The notes under the pieces were generated by a model. The model was not told the origin of the DNA and made no database searches. It saw only the letters and a list, made by a program, of their open reading frames with translations. A DNA stretch of 64,000 nucleotides from a virus. Lineage: Duplodnaviria > Caudoviricetes. Positions 43,859 through 54,715 of this stretch are shown in pieces (positions within the stretch are counted from its first letter, which is position 1; every line of letters starts with the position of its first letter). The translations under genes were made by a program, and so were the position numbers. The stretch is taken from IMG/VR virus record IMGVR_UViG_3300005662_000021, positions 32,001 through 96,000 of that record; one strand, written 5' to 3'.

Positions 43859-45622
43859 ATGAGTTTAACAAAAGAACAAGTAATGATGGAATATGTGAAG
43901 TGTATGAGAGATACCCCATACGCGTTAAGAACATATCTGGAAACCTATGATAATACTGTGTCAAAGTATGTACCATTAGAGTTATTTCCTGACCAAATAT
44001 CATTATTAGATGACTATGAAAATTACAATGAAAATATTGCATTGAAATACAGGCAAGCGGGGGTATCAACAGTAACTGCGGCTTGGATATCAAAAAGAAT
44101 TGCTTTTGCAAAAAAACAAAAACCAGAAAAGATTTTGATTATTGCCAACAAATTGGATACATCAATGGAGATGGCTAATAAAATAAGAATGTTTATTAGT
44201 CAATGGCCAAGTTGGGTTGGTATTGATTTTTCATCTGATAAAAATTCACAAAAACATTACAAGACAAATAACGGATGTGAAGTGAAAGCTGTGGCAACCT
44301 CAAAGGATGCTCTTCGTGGTTTTACACCAACAATCCTAGTGTTTGACGAGGCAGCATTTATTGACGCGGATTCAGACTTTTGGGCGGCTTGTATGGCCTC
44401 ACTATCAACTGGGGGTAAAGTTATTGTAGTTTCAACACCAAATGGTTATGACCCAATTTATTATGAAATATATAACCAAGCAAGTAGGGGAATGAATGAT
44501 TTCAAAATCTCTGAAATGTATTGGTTTAGAGACCCAAGATATACAAAAGATTTATATCTAATTAAAACACAAGATACCATTCATTATTTATTAAACAAAG
44601 ATGAATATCCTAAAGAAAGTATTGTAAGTTGGGAAGGTATTCCATTTGAAGAAAGAAATTACGATGAATTAAAATTAATGATGGATTCAGGTTACAAACC
44701 TTGCTCATCTTGGTTTGAAGGAATGGTAAAGAAATTGAAATATGATAAGAGAAAAGTTTCTCAAGAGTTGGAATGTAATTTTTTGGGTTCAGGTGATAAT
44801 GTATTTGATTCTCTTTTAATGCAAAGAGTAAAAGAAAATATGATTAAAGAACCCCAAAATAAAATGATTGGTAATTCTTTATGGATTTGGAAAGAACCAG
44901 TTATTGGTCACAAATATGTAATGGGTGTGGATGTCAGTAGAGGGGATAGTGAAGACTTTAGTTCATTCCAAATTATTGATTTTGATACACGAGAACAAGT
45001 TGCTGAATATGTTGGGAAATTACCACCCGATACAATGGCCGAAATATGTTATAAGTGGGGTAATATGTACAATTGTTTTATTGTAATAGATATAACTGGT
45101 GGTATGGGAGTTTCAACATCACGAAAACTCCAAGAAATGGGTTATAAGAATTTATATGTGGATGGTGTTGATGTTGCAAACAAATGGAAATATGACCCAA
45201 AAGCTTTAGAAAAAATACCTGGTATAAATTTTAATAATAAACGAGTTCAAATTATTGCTTCATTTGAGGAAGCAATGAGACACGAGTTTAAGATTTATAG
45301 TATGAGATTGTTCAATGAAATGAATACTTTTGTATATGTTAACGGAAGACCTGACCACCAAAAAGGACAACATGATGACTTAATTATGTCAGTAGCAATG
45401 GCAACATATGTTGCGGAATCATCCTTTACTAGTTTGGAAAAGGTCTCTGAACATACTAAAGCAATGTTGGAATCTTGGTCTGTAAGTAACAACGAAGAAG
45501 TTAATAAACAAATAGAATTTAACCCAGTAATACCATATGGACACGATAGAATCAATCAAAGAAATCAAAATGTTTCAAAAGAGGATTATATGAAATATTC
45601 TTGGTTATTTGGTGGAAGATAA
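43859..45622 (+). CDS. terminase large subunit (T4 gp17-like)
   Basis: KYRQAGVST Walker A, VFDEAAFI Walker B, VSTPNG, GVDVSRG, HDDLIMS nuclease motifs. Confidence 0.95.
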   Translation: MSLTKEQVMMEYVKCMRDTPYALRTYLETYDNTVSKYVPLELFPDQISLLDDYENYNENIALKYRQAGVSTVTAAWISKRIAFAKKQKPEKILIIANKLDTSMEMANKIRMFISQWPSWVGIDFSSDKNSQKHYKTNNGCEVKAVATSKDALRGFTPTILVFDEAAFIDADSDFWAACMASLSTGGKVIVVSTPNGYDPIYYEIYNQASRGMNDFKISEMYWFRDPRYTKDLYLIKTQDTIHYLLNKDEYPKESIVSWEGIPFEERNYDELKLMMDSGYKPCSSWFEGMVKKLKYDKRKVSQELECNFLGSGDNVFDSLLMQRVKENMIKEPQNKMIGNSLWIWKEPVIGHKYVMGVDVSRGDSEDFSSFQIIDFDTREQVAEYVGKLPPDTMAEICYKWGNMYNCFIVIDITGGMGVSTSRKLQEMGYKNLYVDGVDVANKWKYDPKALEKIPGINFNNKRVQIIASFEEAMRHEFKIYSMRLFNEMNTFVYVNGRPDHQKGQHDDLIMSVAMATYVAESSFTSLEKVSEHTKAMLESWSVSNNEEVNKQIEFNPVIPYGHDRINQRNQNVSKEDYMKYSWLFGGR

Positions 45623-45642
45623 TATTTATAAATAAAAAGAAT

Positions 45643-45789
45643 ATGGGTTTAGTAATAAGAAAAAGACAAGGTAACAAAATATTGGCAGGTTCAAAATTAA
45701 ATGTACCTGGTCAAGGAATTGCGTCAGTGAAAATTCAACCCCAAGACAAACCCACAATCAAACAGAACAATTCGAATATTGATAGTTAA
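45643..45789 (+). CDS. small hypothetical protein
   Basis: ATG 45643 after ATATTTATA; 48 aa. Confidence 0.45.
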   Translation: MGLVIRKRQGNKILAGSKLNVPGQGIASVKIQPQDKPTIKQNNSNIDS

Positions 45790-45826
45790 CTATTTAGTTA
45801 TTATCAGTAGGCTTTAAATTAATTTT

Positions 45827-48571
45827 ATGGAAGAAAATAATAAAAATTTAACAGTTTGGCAGAGGTTATCTCACGCGTTTGGTCCTAACGCATTATTAAA
45901 TCAAGATTATCCAACATATAAGTTTGATAAAAAAGAATTATTAAGAACCACGTCAAAACAAGAATATGAGAAAGAGTTACTTCAAGCTCAACAAACATTC
46001 TATTTAGCAAATCAATGGACAAAAATTGAAGGTAATTTATACACTCAAGCCGTATATTATGAACCAACAAGATTGGCATCATTTTATGATTACGAATCTA
46101 TGGAATATTGTATACATGGGGATACAAAAATCGCAACACCTAACGGGTTTATCACAATCAAAGAATTGGCTGATAAGGGTAGGGATTATGAATTTATAAC
46201 TTATGCTTATGACCATAACTTAAAAAAAGTTGTCCCAGCTTTAGCAAGAAATGCTCATTACACTCGTGATGAAATGACCTACAAAATTACTTTTGACGAT
46301 GGGTCTCACATTATTGCAACTTGGGAACATCAATTTATGAAAAGAGATGGTTCGTTTGAAAGGGTTATGAATTTAAAACCTAATGACTCAATGCTGCCTT
46401 TTTATCGTAAATCATTCTATAATAATGAAAAATATAATTGGGTTTACACTTGTAATTCTGATGAAGGACACAATGGGTGGATTTCTGAACACAATCTTAT
46501 TGCTGAATGGTTTTATGACACCAAAGTGAAAGAAGATGAAGAAGTTCATCATATTGATTTTAATGGTAAAAATAATTTACCAGAAAATCTACAGATTATG
46601 ACTATATCAGAACATAGAGCGTATCACACAAGATTAAATAATGAGAAACTATGGTCTAATCCTCAATATAGACAAAAAATGTCTGAGGTTGCAAAAAGAA
46701 AAGGTAAATTGGTTTGGGCTGGAAGAAGAAGTGGTAACAATAATCCAGCTTATATCAAAATAGGATGGGATAATATTATAGAAACTGCTCGTAAAATTAA
46801 AACATTAAAAGGTACTGCTAAGGAATTAAATGTTTCTTATAGAAAACTACAAAGAGATATTGTTGCAAATGGTTATAAAGACTGGAGTACATTCTTAGAA
46901 GCGTACGGTATTCAAAAATCAATATATTCAACAGCAAGAACAAAGAATGATAAACTACAATTAAATCACAAAGTTGTTTCAGTAGAACCTTATGGTATTG
47001 TACCCGTTTATGATTTAACTGTACCTGGTTACAAGAATTTCGCCACAGATTCAATATTCTCACATAACACACCCGAAATATCTGCCGCATTGGACATATA
47101 TGGTGAAGAATCAACAACTGTTGATGAAGATGGTTATATGTTACAAATATATTCTGAATCAAAACGTATCAAGGGTATCTTAGCTGATTTATTCAACAAT
47201 GTTTTAGATATTAATACAAACTTACCTATGTGGACAAGAAACACTTGTAAGTATGGTGATAACTTTGTTTATTTGAAACTTGACCCTGACAAAGGAATTG
47301 TTGGTTGTATGCAATTACCAAACATTGAAATTGAACGTTTGGAACGAGGTATGCCCGCACAAGCAAGTAGACAAAATGTTGATGAACCAGCCGAAAACAA
47401 AGGTCTAAGATTCAAATGGAAAGCAAAGGATATGGAGTTTAATTCTTGGGAAATTGCTCACTTCCGTTTATTGGGTGATGATAGAAAACTTCCATATGGC
47501 ACATCAATGTTAGAGAAAGCAAGGCGTATTTGGAAACAATTATTGTTATCAGAAGATGCTATGTTAATTTATAGAACTTCACGTGCACCTGAGAGAAGGG
47601 TATTCAAAGTTTTTGTTGGTAATATGGATGATAAGGATGTTGAAGCTTATGTACAACGTGTTGCTAACAAATTCAAACGTAGTCAAGTTGTGGACTCTCA
47701 GACAGGTAATGTGGATATGAGATTCAATCAAATGGCGGTTGACCAAGATTATTTTATTCCTGTAAGAGACCCAGCACAAGGTAGTCCAATTGAAACATTG
47801 GCGGGTGGAACAAATTTAGGTGAAATTGCTGATATTGAATATATCCAAAAGAAATTATTAACCGCTCTTCGTGTACCAAAAGCATTCTTAGGTTTTGAAG
47901 AACCAGTTGGTGATGGTAAAAATTTATCGTTAATTGATATTCGTTTTGCAAGAACAATTAACAGAATACAAAAATCAATGGTGGCCGAATTGAATAAAAT
48001 TGCCATTATACATTTGTTTTTATTGGGATTTGAAGACGAATTAAATAATTTCACTTTAAGTCTAACTAATCCATCTAGTCAAGCTGATTTATTAAAAATT
48101 GATATTTGGAAAGAAAAAATTGCATTATACAAAGAATGTGTTACACCTATTGGTGGTACTGCACCAACATCAATAACTTGGGCTAAAAAACATATCTTAG
48201 GTTTCTCTGATGAAGAAATTAAAAATGATTTACAACAACAAAGAATTGAAAAAGCTGTTGATGCTGAACTTACGAATACTGCGACAATCATAACTAAAAC
48301 AGGTGTGTTTGATATGATTGATAAATTATACACTCAAAAAAGTGGTACTACTGCAGGTGGCGGAGCTGCAACACCACCACCTCCTGGAGGAGCACCTCCA
48401 CCTCCAGGTGGCGAACCAACAGGATTACCTGAGAGTGAAAAGAAAGATAATATGAAAATATTATTAGAAAGTGATAATTTTTTAGATGAAGAAAGTTTTA
48501 TTGATTTATCTAAAGCAAGAAATTACTTGGGTGAAATTGAGAAACATTTGAGTAAACTAATAGATGACTAA
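45827..48571 (+). CDS. portal protein (T4 gp20-like) containing an intein
   Basis: PEISAALD, YGTSMLEKARR..EDAMLIYRTSRAPERRVF, DYFIPVR, KLLTALRVPK. Confidence 0.93.
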   Translation: MEENNKNLTVWQRLSHAFGPNALLNQDYPTYKFDKKELLRTTSKQEYEKELLQAQQTFYLANQWTKIEGNLYTQAVYYEPTRLASFYDYESMEYCIHGDTKIATPNGFITIKELADKGRDYEFITYAYDHNLKKVVPALARNAHYTRDEMTYKITFDDGSHIIATWEHQFMKRDGSFERVMNLKPNDSMLPFYRKSFYNNEKYNWVYTCNSDEGHNGWISEHNLIAEWFYDTKVKEDEEVHHIDFNGKNNLPENLQIMTISEHRAYHTRLNNEKLWSNPQYRQKMSEVAKRKGKLVWAGRRSGNNNPAYIKIGWDNIIETARKIKTLKGTAKELNVSYRKLQRDIVANGYKDWSTFLEAYGIQKSIYSTARTKNDKLQLNHKVVSVEPYGIVPVYDLTVPGYKNFATDSIFSHNTPEISAALDIYGEESTTVDEDGYMLQIYSESKRIKGILADLFNNVLDINTNLPMWTRNTCKYGDNFVYLKLDPDKGIVGCMQLPNIEIERLERGMPAQASRQNVDEPAENKGLRFKWKAKDMEFNSWEIAHFRLLGDDRKLPYGTSMLEKARRIWKQLLLSEDAMLIYRTSRAPERRVFKVFVGNMDDKDVEAYVQRVANKFKRSQVVDSQTGNVDMRFNQMAVDQDYFIPVRDPAQGSPIETLAGGTNLGEIADIEYIQKKLLTALRVPKAFLGFEEPVGDGKNLSLIDIRFARTINRIQKSMVAELNKIAIIHLFLLGFEDELNNFTLSLTNPSSQADLLKIDIWKEKIALYKECVTPIGGTAPTSITWAKKHILGFSDEEIKNDLQQQRIEKAVDAELTNTATIITKTGVFDMIDKLYTQKSGTTAGGGAATPPPPGGAPPPPGGEPTGLPESEKKDNMKILLESDNFLDEESFIDLSKARNYLGEIEKHLSKLIDD
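46109..47068 (+). mobile_element. intein (320 aa) with HNH endonuclease in portal
   Basis: Y|CIHGDTKI N-terminus, VYDLTV..NF..FSHN|T C-terminus; internal VHHIDFNGKNNLPENL..EHRAYH. Confidence 0.92.
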
Positions 48572-48592
48572 TATTTATATAAAAAAACAACT

Positions 48593-49309
48593 ATGAAATT
48601 CGGAATTATTAAATCAAAAATAGATTACGTTTTAACAGAATCTTTCAAAAATGAAATTCTTTTTAAGGAAGAAATGAAATATTTCAAAAAAAATATTTTG
48701 GAAAATAAAACATTGAGTAAATTGTTTTATTTGTACGATGAATTAAGTTCAAAGAAAAATATTGATAAAAAAATTGTTGATGATTATATCAATGGTTCAA
48801 TAACTATTTACGAAAATCTAATTAATAAAATTAAATCAAATGATTTAAAAAAATTAAATTATTGGTTGGATGGAATTTCAGTTGAGAATACTTACGAAAA
48901 TATTGATAATGTTTTCTCAACTGACATTTTGAAACTTGAGAGTAAAATCAAAAGTAAACAAATTCTAACTGAGTCTTTAACTCAGACTGAGAAAAAACAA
49001 AATGAGGTGATTAATATCCCAGTAAGTTCAATGATTAAATTGGCTAACAAAACATTGAATAACTATTTGAATACCTTAGATGAAGGTAGTAAAAAAGAAT
49101 TAGTTAAATTATTATCTGAGGATGATAATACATTAGAACAAGAATATAACACAATAAAAGAACAAGTGATTGGAAAACTTACCAATCACCAAAAAGTATC
49201 AGACAATGAAACATCATCTAAAATAGATGAAACCATTACAAAAATAAAAAATGAAAAATACGATAAATTGACTTTTTTCAAATTGAAGGATTTGAATGAA
49301 AATCTTTAA
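48593..49309 (+). CDS. hypothetical head-module protein
   Basis: Position between portal and protease; LTE motifs. Confidence 0.6.
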   Translation: MKFGIIKSKIDYVLTESFKNEILFKEEMKYFKKNILENKTLSKLFYLYDELSSKKNIDKKIVDDYINGSITIYENLINKIKSNDLKKLNYWLDGISVENTYENIDNVFSTDILKLESKIKSKQILTESLTQTEKKQNEVINIPVSSMIKLANKTLNNYLNTLDEGSKKELVKLLSEDDNTLEQEYNTIKEQVIGKLTNHQKVSDNETSSKIDETITKIKNEKYDKLTFFKLKDLNENL

Positions 49310-49500
49310 TCGTTATCCTCTTTTTTGTATTTTTGTACATAGATAGCTTTATTGACCTGATTTCTGTTTTTTACAGATTTCTTTGTAAACTCTTTCCTAT
49401 TTTTTAATTCAGTCATCAATTTAGTTTTGATGACTTTACTTTTGAAAAGTTTTAAGGCTTTTTCAATAGGTGTTTTATTATCTACATTTACTATTAACAT
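49306..49500 (-). CDS. rpsU: 30S ribosomal protein bS21
   Basis: IEKALKLFKSKVIKTKLMTELKNRKEFTKKS matches bS21 pattern. Confidence 0.88.
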   Translation of the reverse strand: MLIVNVDNKTPIEKALKLFKSKVIKTKLMTELKNRKEFTKKSVKNRNQVNKAIYVQKYKKEDND

Positions 49501-49587
49501 AAATTTTATTTGGAAAATTATTTTTTGACTATTAATATATAATTATTTATTCTTTTACTAAAAAATAAATAATAAAAAAAATTATGA

Positions 49588-50040
49588 ATGAAAAAAGGTA
49601 AAACGTCAAAAATTCAAGGGTTTAAGACAACTAAAGTAATGTATGGTACAACAGATTCATTTGAACTAAAATCAATTTACTTAAATTTACAAACTTGGGT
49701 TGAACCCAAAGAAGAACTTGAGAATTGGGAACGAATAGTATTAAATCTATCTAGACAAATTAAACATACAATTTTCAACAATATTAATACAAAAACATTT
49801 AAAAAGAATTTTATAGTTGATTTAGACTTACGTGCAAGTGGGTTAACCCCAAATAAAAAATCATTCTTAAATTTAGAAATAAATTTATTCTTAGAAGAGA
49901 AAGATTTGGATTTCAAATCAAATTACCTTAGAGATAATCTTAAGGATTTATCAAAAAAAATAATAATATCAAACTTTAATAATAATCCATATTTCACATT
50001 CAGTTTAACTAAAAAAGGTATAATTGACGAAATTATTTAA
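49588..50040 (+). CDS. hypothetical protein
   Basis: 150-aa ORF. Confidence 0.65.
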   Translation: MKKGKTSKIQGFKTTKVMYGTTDSFELKSIYLNLQTWVEPKEELENWERIVLNLSRQIKHTIFNNINTKTFKKNFIVDLDLRASGLTPNKKSFLNLEINLFLEEKDLDFKSNYLRDNLKDLSKKIIISNFNNNPYFTFSLTKKGIIDEII

Positions 50041-50080
50041 TAATTGACAATTCATCAATATTTATTAATAAAAATAAAAG

Positions 50081-50800
50081 ATGAATTTGAGATTAATTAA
50101 ACCTGGTGAAGTAGGTAAAGGTATTTTAATAGAAAATGATGGATGGGTATCACCAAAAACTGAAATGAATTCCTATATAATGGAACAAAAAAGTTTTTTA
50201 GACCATTCTAAACCATTTGAATTTTATGCCGTATTACAAAAATACAATACACCAAATCGTAATGGTAGAATTTACCCTGAAAAAATATTAAAAAGGGAAG
50301 CTGAGAACTATAAAAAAATGATTCAAAAAGGGACTTCACTTTCCGAATTGAACCACCCTGAATCTTCTTTAATTGATTTAGATAGAGTTTCTCATATTAT
50401 CACAGAAGTATGGTGGGAAGGTCCAATATTGATGGGTAAACTTAAATTGTTGACATCACCAGGATTCCACGAGAGAGGAATTGTTTCAACTAAGGGTGAT
50501 ATGGCCGCAAATTATTTAAGACAAGGTGTAACCCTTGGTATATCTTCCCGTGGTGTTGGTTCATTAAAAAAGGTTGGGGAACAAAATGAGGTTCAAGATG
50601 ATTTTGAATTAATTTGTTTTGACTTGGTTTCTTCACCATCAACACCTGGGGCATATCTTTTCTTAAACAAAGAAGATAGAGATATGTATTCAGAAAACTT
50701 GGAAGAAGACAAAAGAGTTGCAATGGAAAGAAATGTTGGAGACTTTGGTAACAAATCACTTGACTTAATGAAAAGATTAAACGATTATTTGGGTTATTAA
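50081..50800 (+). CDS. prohead core protease (T4 gp21-like)
   Basis: NRNGRIYP, SELNHP, LGISSRGVGS, FDLVSSPSTPGA. Confidence 0.93.
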   Translation: MNLRLIKPGEVGKGILIENDGWVSPKTEMNSYIMEQKSFLDHSKPFEFYAVLQKYNTPNRNGRIYPEKILKREAENYKKMIQKGTSLSELNHPESSLIDLDRVSHIITEVWWEGPILMGKLKLLTSPGFHERGIVSTKGDMAANYLRQGVTLGISSRGVGSLKKVGEQNEVQDDFELICFDLVSSPSTPGAYLFLNKEDRDMYSENLEEDKRVAMERNVGDFGNKSLDLMKRLNDYLGY

Positions 50801-50826
50801 GTTAAACCAAAAAAAATTTTTAAAAA

Positions 50827-51042
50827 ATGGAAGATGGACAAAAATATTTCGTAGCAAAAATTGCTGAAGATTTAGTTGACGAAGACTCAGGTAAAGTAAA
50901 GAAAATTAAACTTGAGAAATTAGTTATGGGCTACAATCCAACCGATGTTGAAGCAAAAGTTACAAAAATTTATGAACACTATACAATGGATTGGAGAATT
51001 ACAGCTATTGTAGAAAGTAAAATAGATGAAGTAATTGAGTAA
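50827..51042 (+). CDS. hypothetical protein
   Basis: 71-aa ORF. Confidence 0.65.
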   Translation: MEDGQKYFVAKIAEDLVDEDSGKVKKIKLEKLVMGYNPTDVEAKVTKIYEHYTMDWRITAIVESKIDEVIE

Positions 51043-51210
51043 CTAAAACAAGAAAATTTTAAAATAAGGGTATCCATTTTGGGTATCCTTATTTTTTTTA
51101 TCAATACTATGATATTTATTGTTAACGTAAAAACAAATTTTTTGTGTGTGTGAAATACACCACAAAAGATTTTTTTAAAAAATTAACATATTTATATATA
51201 AAAAAACAAA

Positions 51211-52710
51211 ATGACAGAAAAAAAATCATTAGTTGAAGAAGCAATACTACAAATGAAAAATTTGGAAGAAGCTGTTGCTGAAAATGCAAAAGGAATACTT
51301 GCCTCTACTATGAGACAAGAAATCAAAGATTTGGTAAAAGAATCTCTCAAAGAACAAGACGATGAAGAGATTGAAGATGAAGAAGGTGATGAAATGGACA
51401 TAGAAGACGATGAAATGAACATTGAAGACGATGAAATGGAAATGGAAGATGATGAAATGGACATAGAAGACGATGAAATGGGCATGGAAGAAGATGAAAT
51501 GGATATGTCAGAACCTAATATGGAGGTGGATACAATAGACCTCACAAATCAACCAACTTCACAAGTTCTTAAAGTTTTCAAACTATTAAGTCCTGAAGAT
51601 GAAATCGTAGTTACCAAAGATAACGCGGGTAACATAAACCTAAAAGACAATGAAAAAGAATATATGATTGTTGGTGAAGGTATGGACGAGTTTGATGAAG
51701 ACTTATATGAGATGGATGATGAAAACTTATATGAGATGGATGACGAGTTATATGAAATGGATGATGAAGTCTATGAAATGGATAACGAGTTATATGAAAT
51801 GGATGATGAGTTTGAAATGGATAAATCTGACATTGAAAGTGTTTTCGAAAAAGAATTTAGTGAAGGAACAATCTACGAATTAGAAATTGAAGACGATTCT
51901 GATTACGAAGATTTAGGAGCTATGGATGAAGAATTTTATGAAGGTGACGAAGAATTTATGATGGAATCTAAAAAATCAAGAAAACCAAAAGGAATGGGTA
52001 TGGGTTCTGCTTCTAAATTCAAATTCCCTAAACAAACTACTGATTTCAAACAACCTAAACAAAAAGAAGGTACTAAAGGTATTGGTATGGGTAAAGGTCC
52101 TAAAAAGGATATTTATAAATCTGATTCTCCAAGTTTTGATGGTGAATTCACTAAGAAACCTACAAAGTCTAAAGAGACAAAAGAAGGTATGATGACAAAA
52201 CCTAAAAAGGTTGAAACCAAAGAAGCTTCACGTACTTTAGGTAATGGAAAATATTGGGGAAGAGAAGGTCTACCAAAACCAAAAGCAGCACCTCGTCACA
52301 TCAGAAAAGAATCTGTTGAAACAGAAGAATTAAATTTACTTAGAGAAAAAAATGAAGAGTACAGAAAAGCATTAAACATTTTTAGAAATAAACTTAATGA
52401 AGTTGCAATCTTCAATTCAAACTTGGCGTACGCAACTAGATTATTTACTGAACATTCAACTTCAAAACAAGAAAAAGTTAACATTCTAAAAAGATTTGAT
52501 GGTGTAGAAACTCTTAAAGAATCTAAAAATCTTTACAAAGTAATTAAAGACGAATTATCAAACACTAAGACTCAACAAGTTAATGAATCTGTTGAAAGAA
52601 CAATACAAAAATCACCATCAACAGGTTCAGCAGTTAATTTGATTGAATCAAAAACTTACGAAAATCCTCAATTCTTGAGAATGAAGGATTTGATGTCAAA
52701 ATTAAAATAA
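51211..52710 (+). CDS. prohead scaffold/core protein (gp22-like)
   Basis: Directly upstream of capsid gene; acidic repeats (YEMDDE)n; coiled-coil C-terminus. Confidence 0.75.
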   Translation: MTEKKSLVEEAILQMKNLEEAVAENAKGILASTMRQEIKDLVKESLKEQDDEEIEDEEGDEMDIEDDEMNIEDDEMEMEDDEMDIEDDEMGMEEDEMDMSEPNMEVDTIDLTNQPTSQVLKVFKLLSPEDEIVVTKDNAGNINLKDNEKEYMIVGEGMDEFDEDLYEMDDENLYEMDDELYEMDDEVYEMDNELYEMDDEFEMDKSDIESVFEKEFSEGTIYELEIEDDSDYEDLGAMDEEFYEGDEEFMMESKKSRKPKGMGMGSASKFKFPKQTTDFKQPKQKEGTKGIGMGKGPKKDIYKSDSPSFDGEFTKKPTKSKETKEGMMTKPKKVETKEASRTLGNGKYWGREGLPKPKAAPRHIRKESVETEELNLLREKNEEYRKALNIFRNKLNEVAIFNSNLAYATRLFTEHSTSKQEKVNILKRFDGVETLKESKNLYKVIKDELSNTKTQQVNESVERTIQKSPSTGSAVNLIESKTYENPQFLRMKDLMSKLK

Positions 52711-52744
52711 AATAAACCAAAAAAAAAAACAAAACAAATACAAA

Positions 52745-54607
52745 ATGGGAGCATTATTAGAAAGCGGTCTTGTTGGTAACATTGGTTTGAAACACCTTAA
52801 AGTTATCAAAGAAGATACTATTAACAAATGGGATAGATTAGGATTCCTTGAAGGTCTTAAAGGCCACCTAAAAGAAAACGTAGCTCAGTTATATGAAAAC
52901 CAAGCTTCTCACCTTATTAACGAAGCAACTTCTGATGGGTCATCTGGTTCATTCGAAACTGTTGTATTCCCTATCGTAAGAAGAGTTTTCTCTAAATTGT
53001 TAGCTAACGATATCGTATCTGTACAAGCTATGAACTTACCTATCGGTAAATTGTTCTACTTCGTACCTAAAATCCAAGGTTATTCTGGTGCGACATTTAC
53101 AGGACCTAATGGTTCACAAGATTATTCGGGAGAGCATTATTCACCTGTAGGTGGTCCTGGTAACTACCCTGGTAACCCTAACGCAGGTTACATTGGTTCA
53201 GGTTCTTTCACTAAAAACCTTTACGATTTATTCTATGAAGGTAGCGAACCTGGTTTAGAACCTGGTGGTTTATTTGATTACTCTAAAGGTCGTTGGACTG
53301 CTATTACTCAAGATACTTCATTATTGAAATGGTCTAATGGTGCTTTAGAAAATTATGAAATCACTGAAACTACTCCAAATGTAAGAAAAATGATTATGAA
53401 AGTTTGTGGATGGAGTACTTATCCTGGTTATGGTAAACTTATCGGACCTGATGGTGCTGAGGTTGATTCTGAAACTTTCTTATCCGACCTTAAAATCGTT
53501 AGAAATACTATTTCAGCCGATACTAACACTTGTGATACTATGGGTATTGGTACTGAGACTTATCCAAACTTATTATTTAGACTTGTAACACAACAATATG
53601 GTAAAGGTATTGTTAACCCAACATCAACAAGAGTTCAAACTACATTCAACGGAGCTTCTCCTAACGCAAATGGTGGTTCTTATGATAGTATTTGTGACCA
53701 AAATGGTTGTATCTATTTAGAAGTTGACTTATCTTGTCCTGCTTGTGCAACATGTGGTGATTCTTCTTTAGATGGTTACACTGGAACAACTATTTTCTCA
53801 GCTTCTTCTGCTGATTCATTTACAGCTGTTTGGAGAAGATACGAAGAACTTGAATTCGAAGATAAAATCGGTGAAGTTTCTTTCGACCTTGAATCAGTTA
53901 CTGTTTCTGTTTCTGAAAGAAAACTTAGAGCTCAATGGTCTCCTGAGTTAGCTCAAGACGTTGCGGCATTCCATAACATCGATGCTGAAGCTGAATTAAC
54001 TGCTCTTCTTTCTGAGCAAGTTGCAGCTGAAATCGATAGAGAAATCCTTCGTGACCTTAGAAAAGGTGCAGCTTGGAACTTGAGATGGGATTACAACGGA
54101 TGGAGAAGAATTGCTCAAACAACTTCTTACACTCAAAAAGACTGGAATCAAACGTTGATTACAGCTATCAACCAACTTTCAGCTCAAATCCACAAATCAA
54201 CTCTTAGAGGTGGTGCTAACTGGATTGTTGTTTCTTCTGAGGTTTCTGCAATCTTTGATGACTTGGAATACTTCCACGTATCAAATGCTTCTCCTGAGCA
54301 AGACCAATACAATATGGGTATTGAAAGAGTAGGTACATTAGCTGGTAGATACCAAGTATATCGTGACCCTTACTTCCCACCTAACCAAGTGTTAATCGGA
54401 CATAAAGGTACATCACTTCTTGATACTGGTTACATCTACGCTCCGTATGTTCCACTTCAATTAACTCCAACAATGTATAATCCATTCAACTTTACTCCTA
54501 TCAAGGGTATTATGACTAGATACGCTAAAAAAATGGTGAACAACCGCTTCTATGCGAGAATTACAGTTGATGGTGTTAGAACATTTGACTTACAAGAATT
54601 GAGATAG
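52745..54607 (+). CDS. major capsid protein (T4 gp23-like)
   Basis: VQAMNLPIGKLFY, RKLRAQWSPELAQD..IDAEAEL..EIDREIL, YAPYVPL, GIMTRY. Confidence 0.96.
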   Translation: MGALLESGLVGNIGLKHLKVIKEDTINKWDRLGFLEGLKGHLKENVAQLYENQASHLINEATSDGSSGSFETVVFPIVRRVFSKLLANDIVSVQAMNLPIGKLFYFVPKIQGYSGATFTGPNGSQDYSGEHYSPVGGPGNYPGNPNAGYIGSGSFTKNLYDLFYEGSEPGLEPGGLFDYSKGRWTAITQDTSLLKWSNGALENYEITETTPNVRKMIMKVCGWSTYPGYGKLIGPDGAEVDSETFLSDLKIVRNTISADTNTCDTMGIGTETYPNLLFRLVTQQYGKGIVNPTSTRVQTTFNGASPNANGGSYDSICDQNGCIYLEVDLSCPACATCGDSSLDGYTGTTIFSASSADSFTAVWRRYEELEFEDKIGEVSFDLESVTVSVSERKLRAQWSPELAQDVAAFHNIDAEAELTALLSEQVAAEIDREILRDLRKGAAWNLRWDYNGWRRIAQTTSYTQKDWNQTLITAINQLSAQIHKSTLRGGANWIVVSSEVSAIFDDLEYFHVSNASPEQDQYNMGIERVGTLAGRYQVYRDPYFPPNQVLIGHKGTSLLDTGYIYAPYVPLQLTPTMYNPFNFTPIKGIMTRYAKKMVNNRFYARITVDGVRTFDLQELR

Positions 54608-54629
54608 TAAATCTTAATAAAAAATGACG

Positions 54630-54662
54630 AGAGGGACAAGTTTTTTGTCCCTCTTTTTTTTT
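54630..54662 (+). terminator. intrinsic terminator after capsid gene
   Basis: gagggacaa/ttgtccctc + T-tract. Confidence 0.8.
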
Positions 54663-54715
54663 ATTTTTAAATTAAATAATTGATTTAATGTTTATATTCA
54701 TTATATTTATAATAT

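Noticed and set aside
51360-51830. Tandem repeats (gaagatgatgaaatg, ttatatgaaatggat) as a mobile or diversity-generating element
   Set aside because: In-frame acidic low-complexity repeats of the scaffold protein; no RT or template/variable pair
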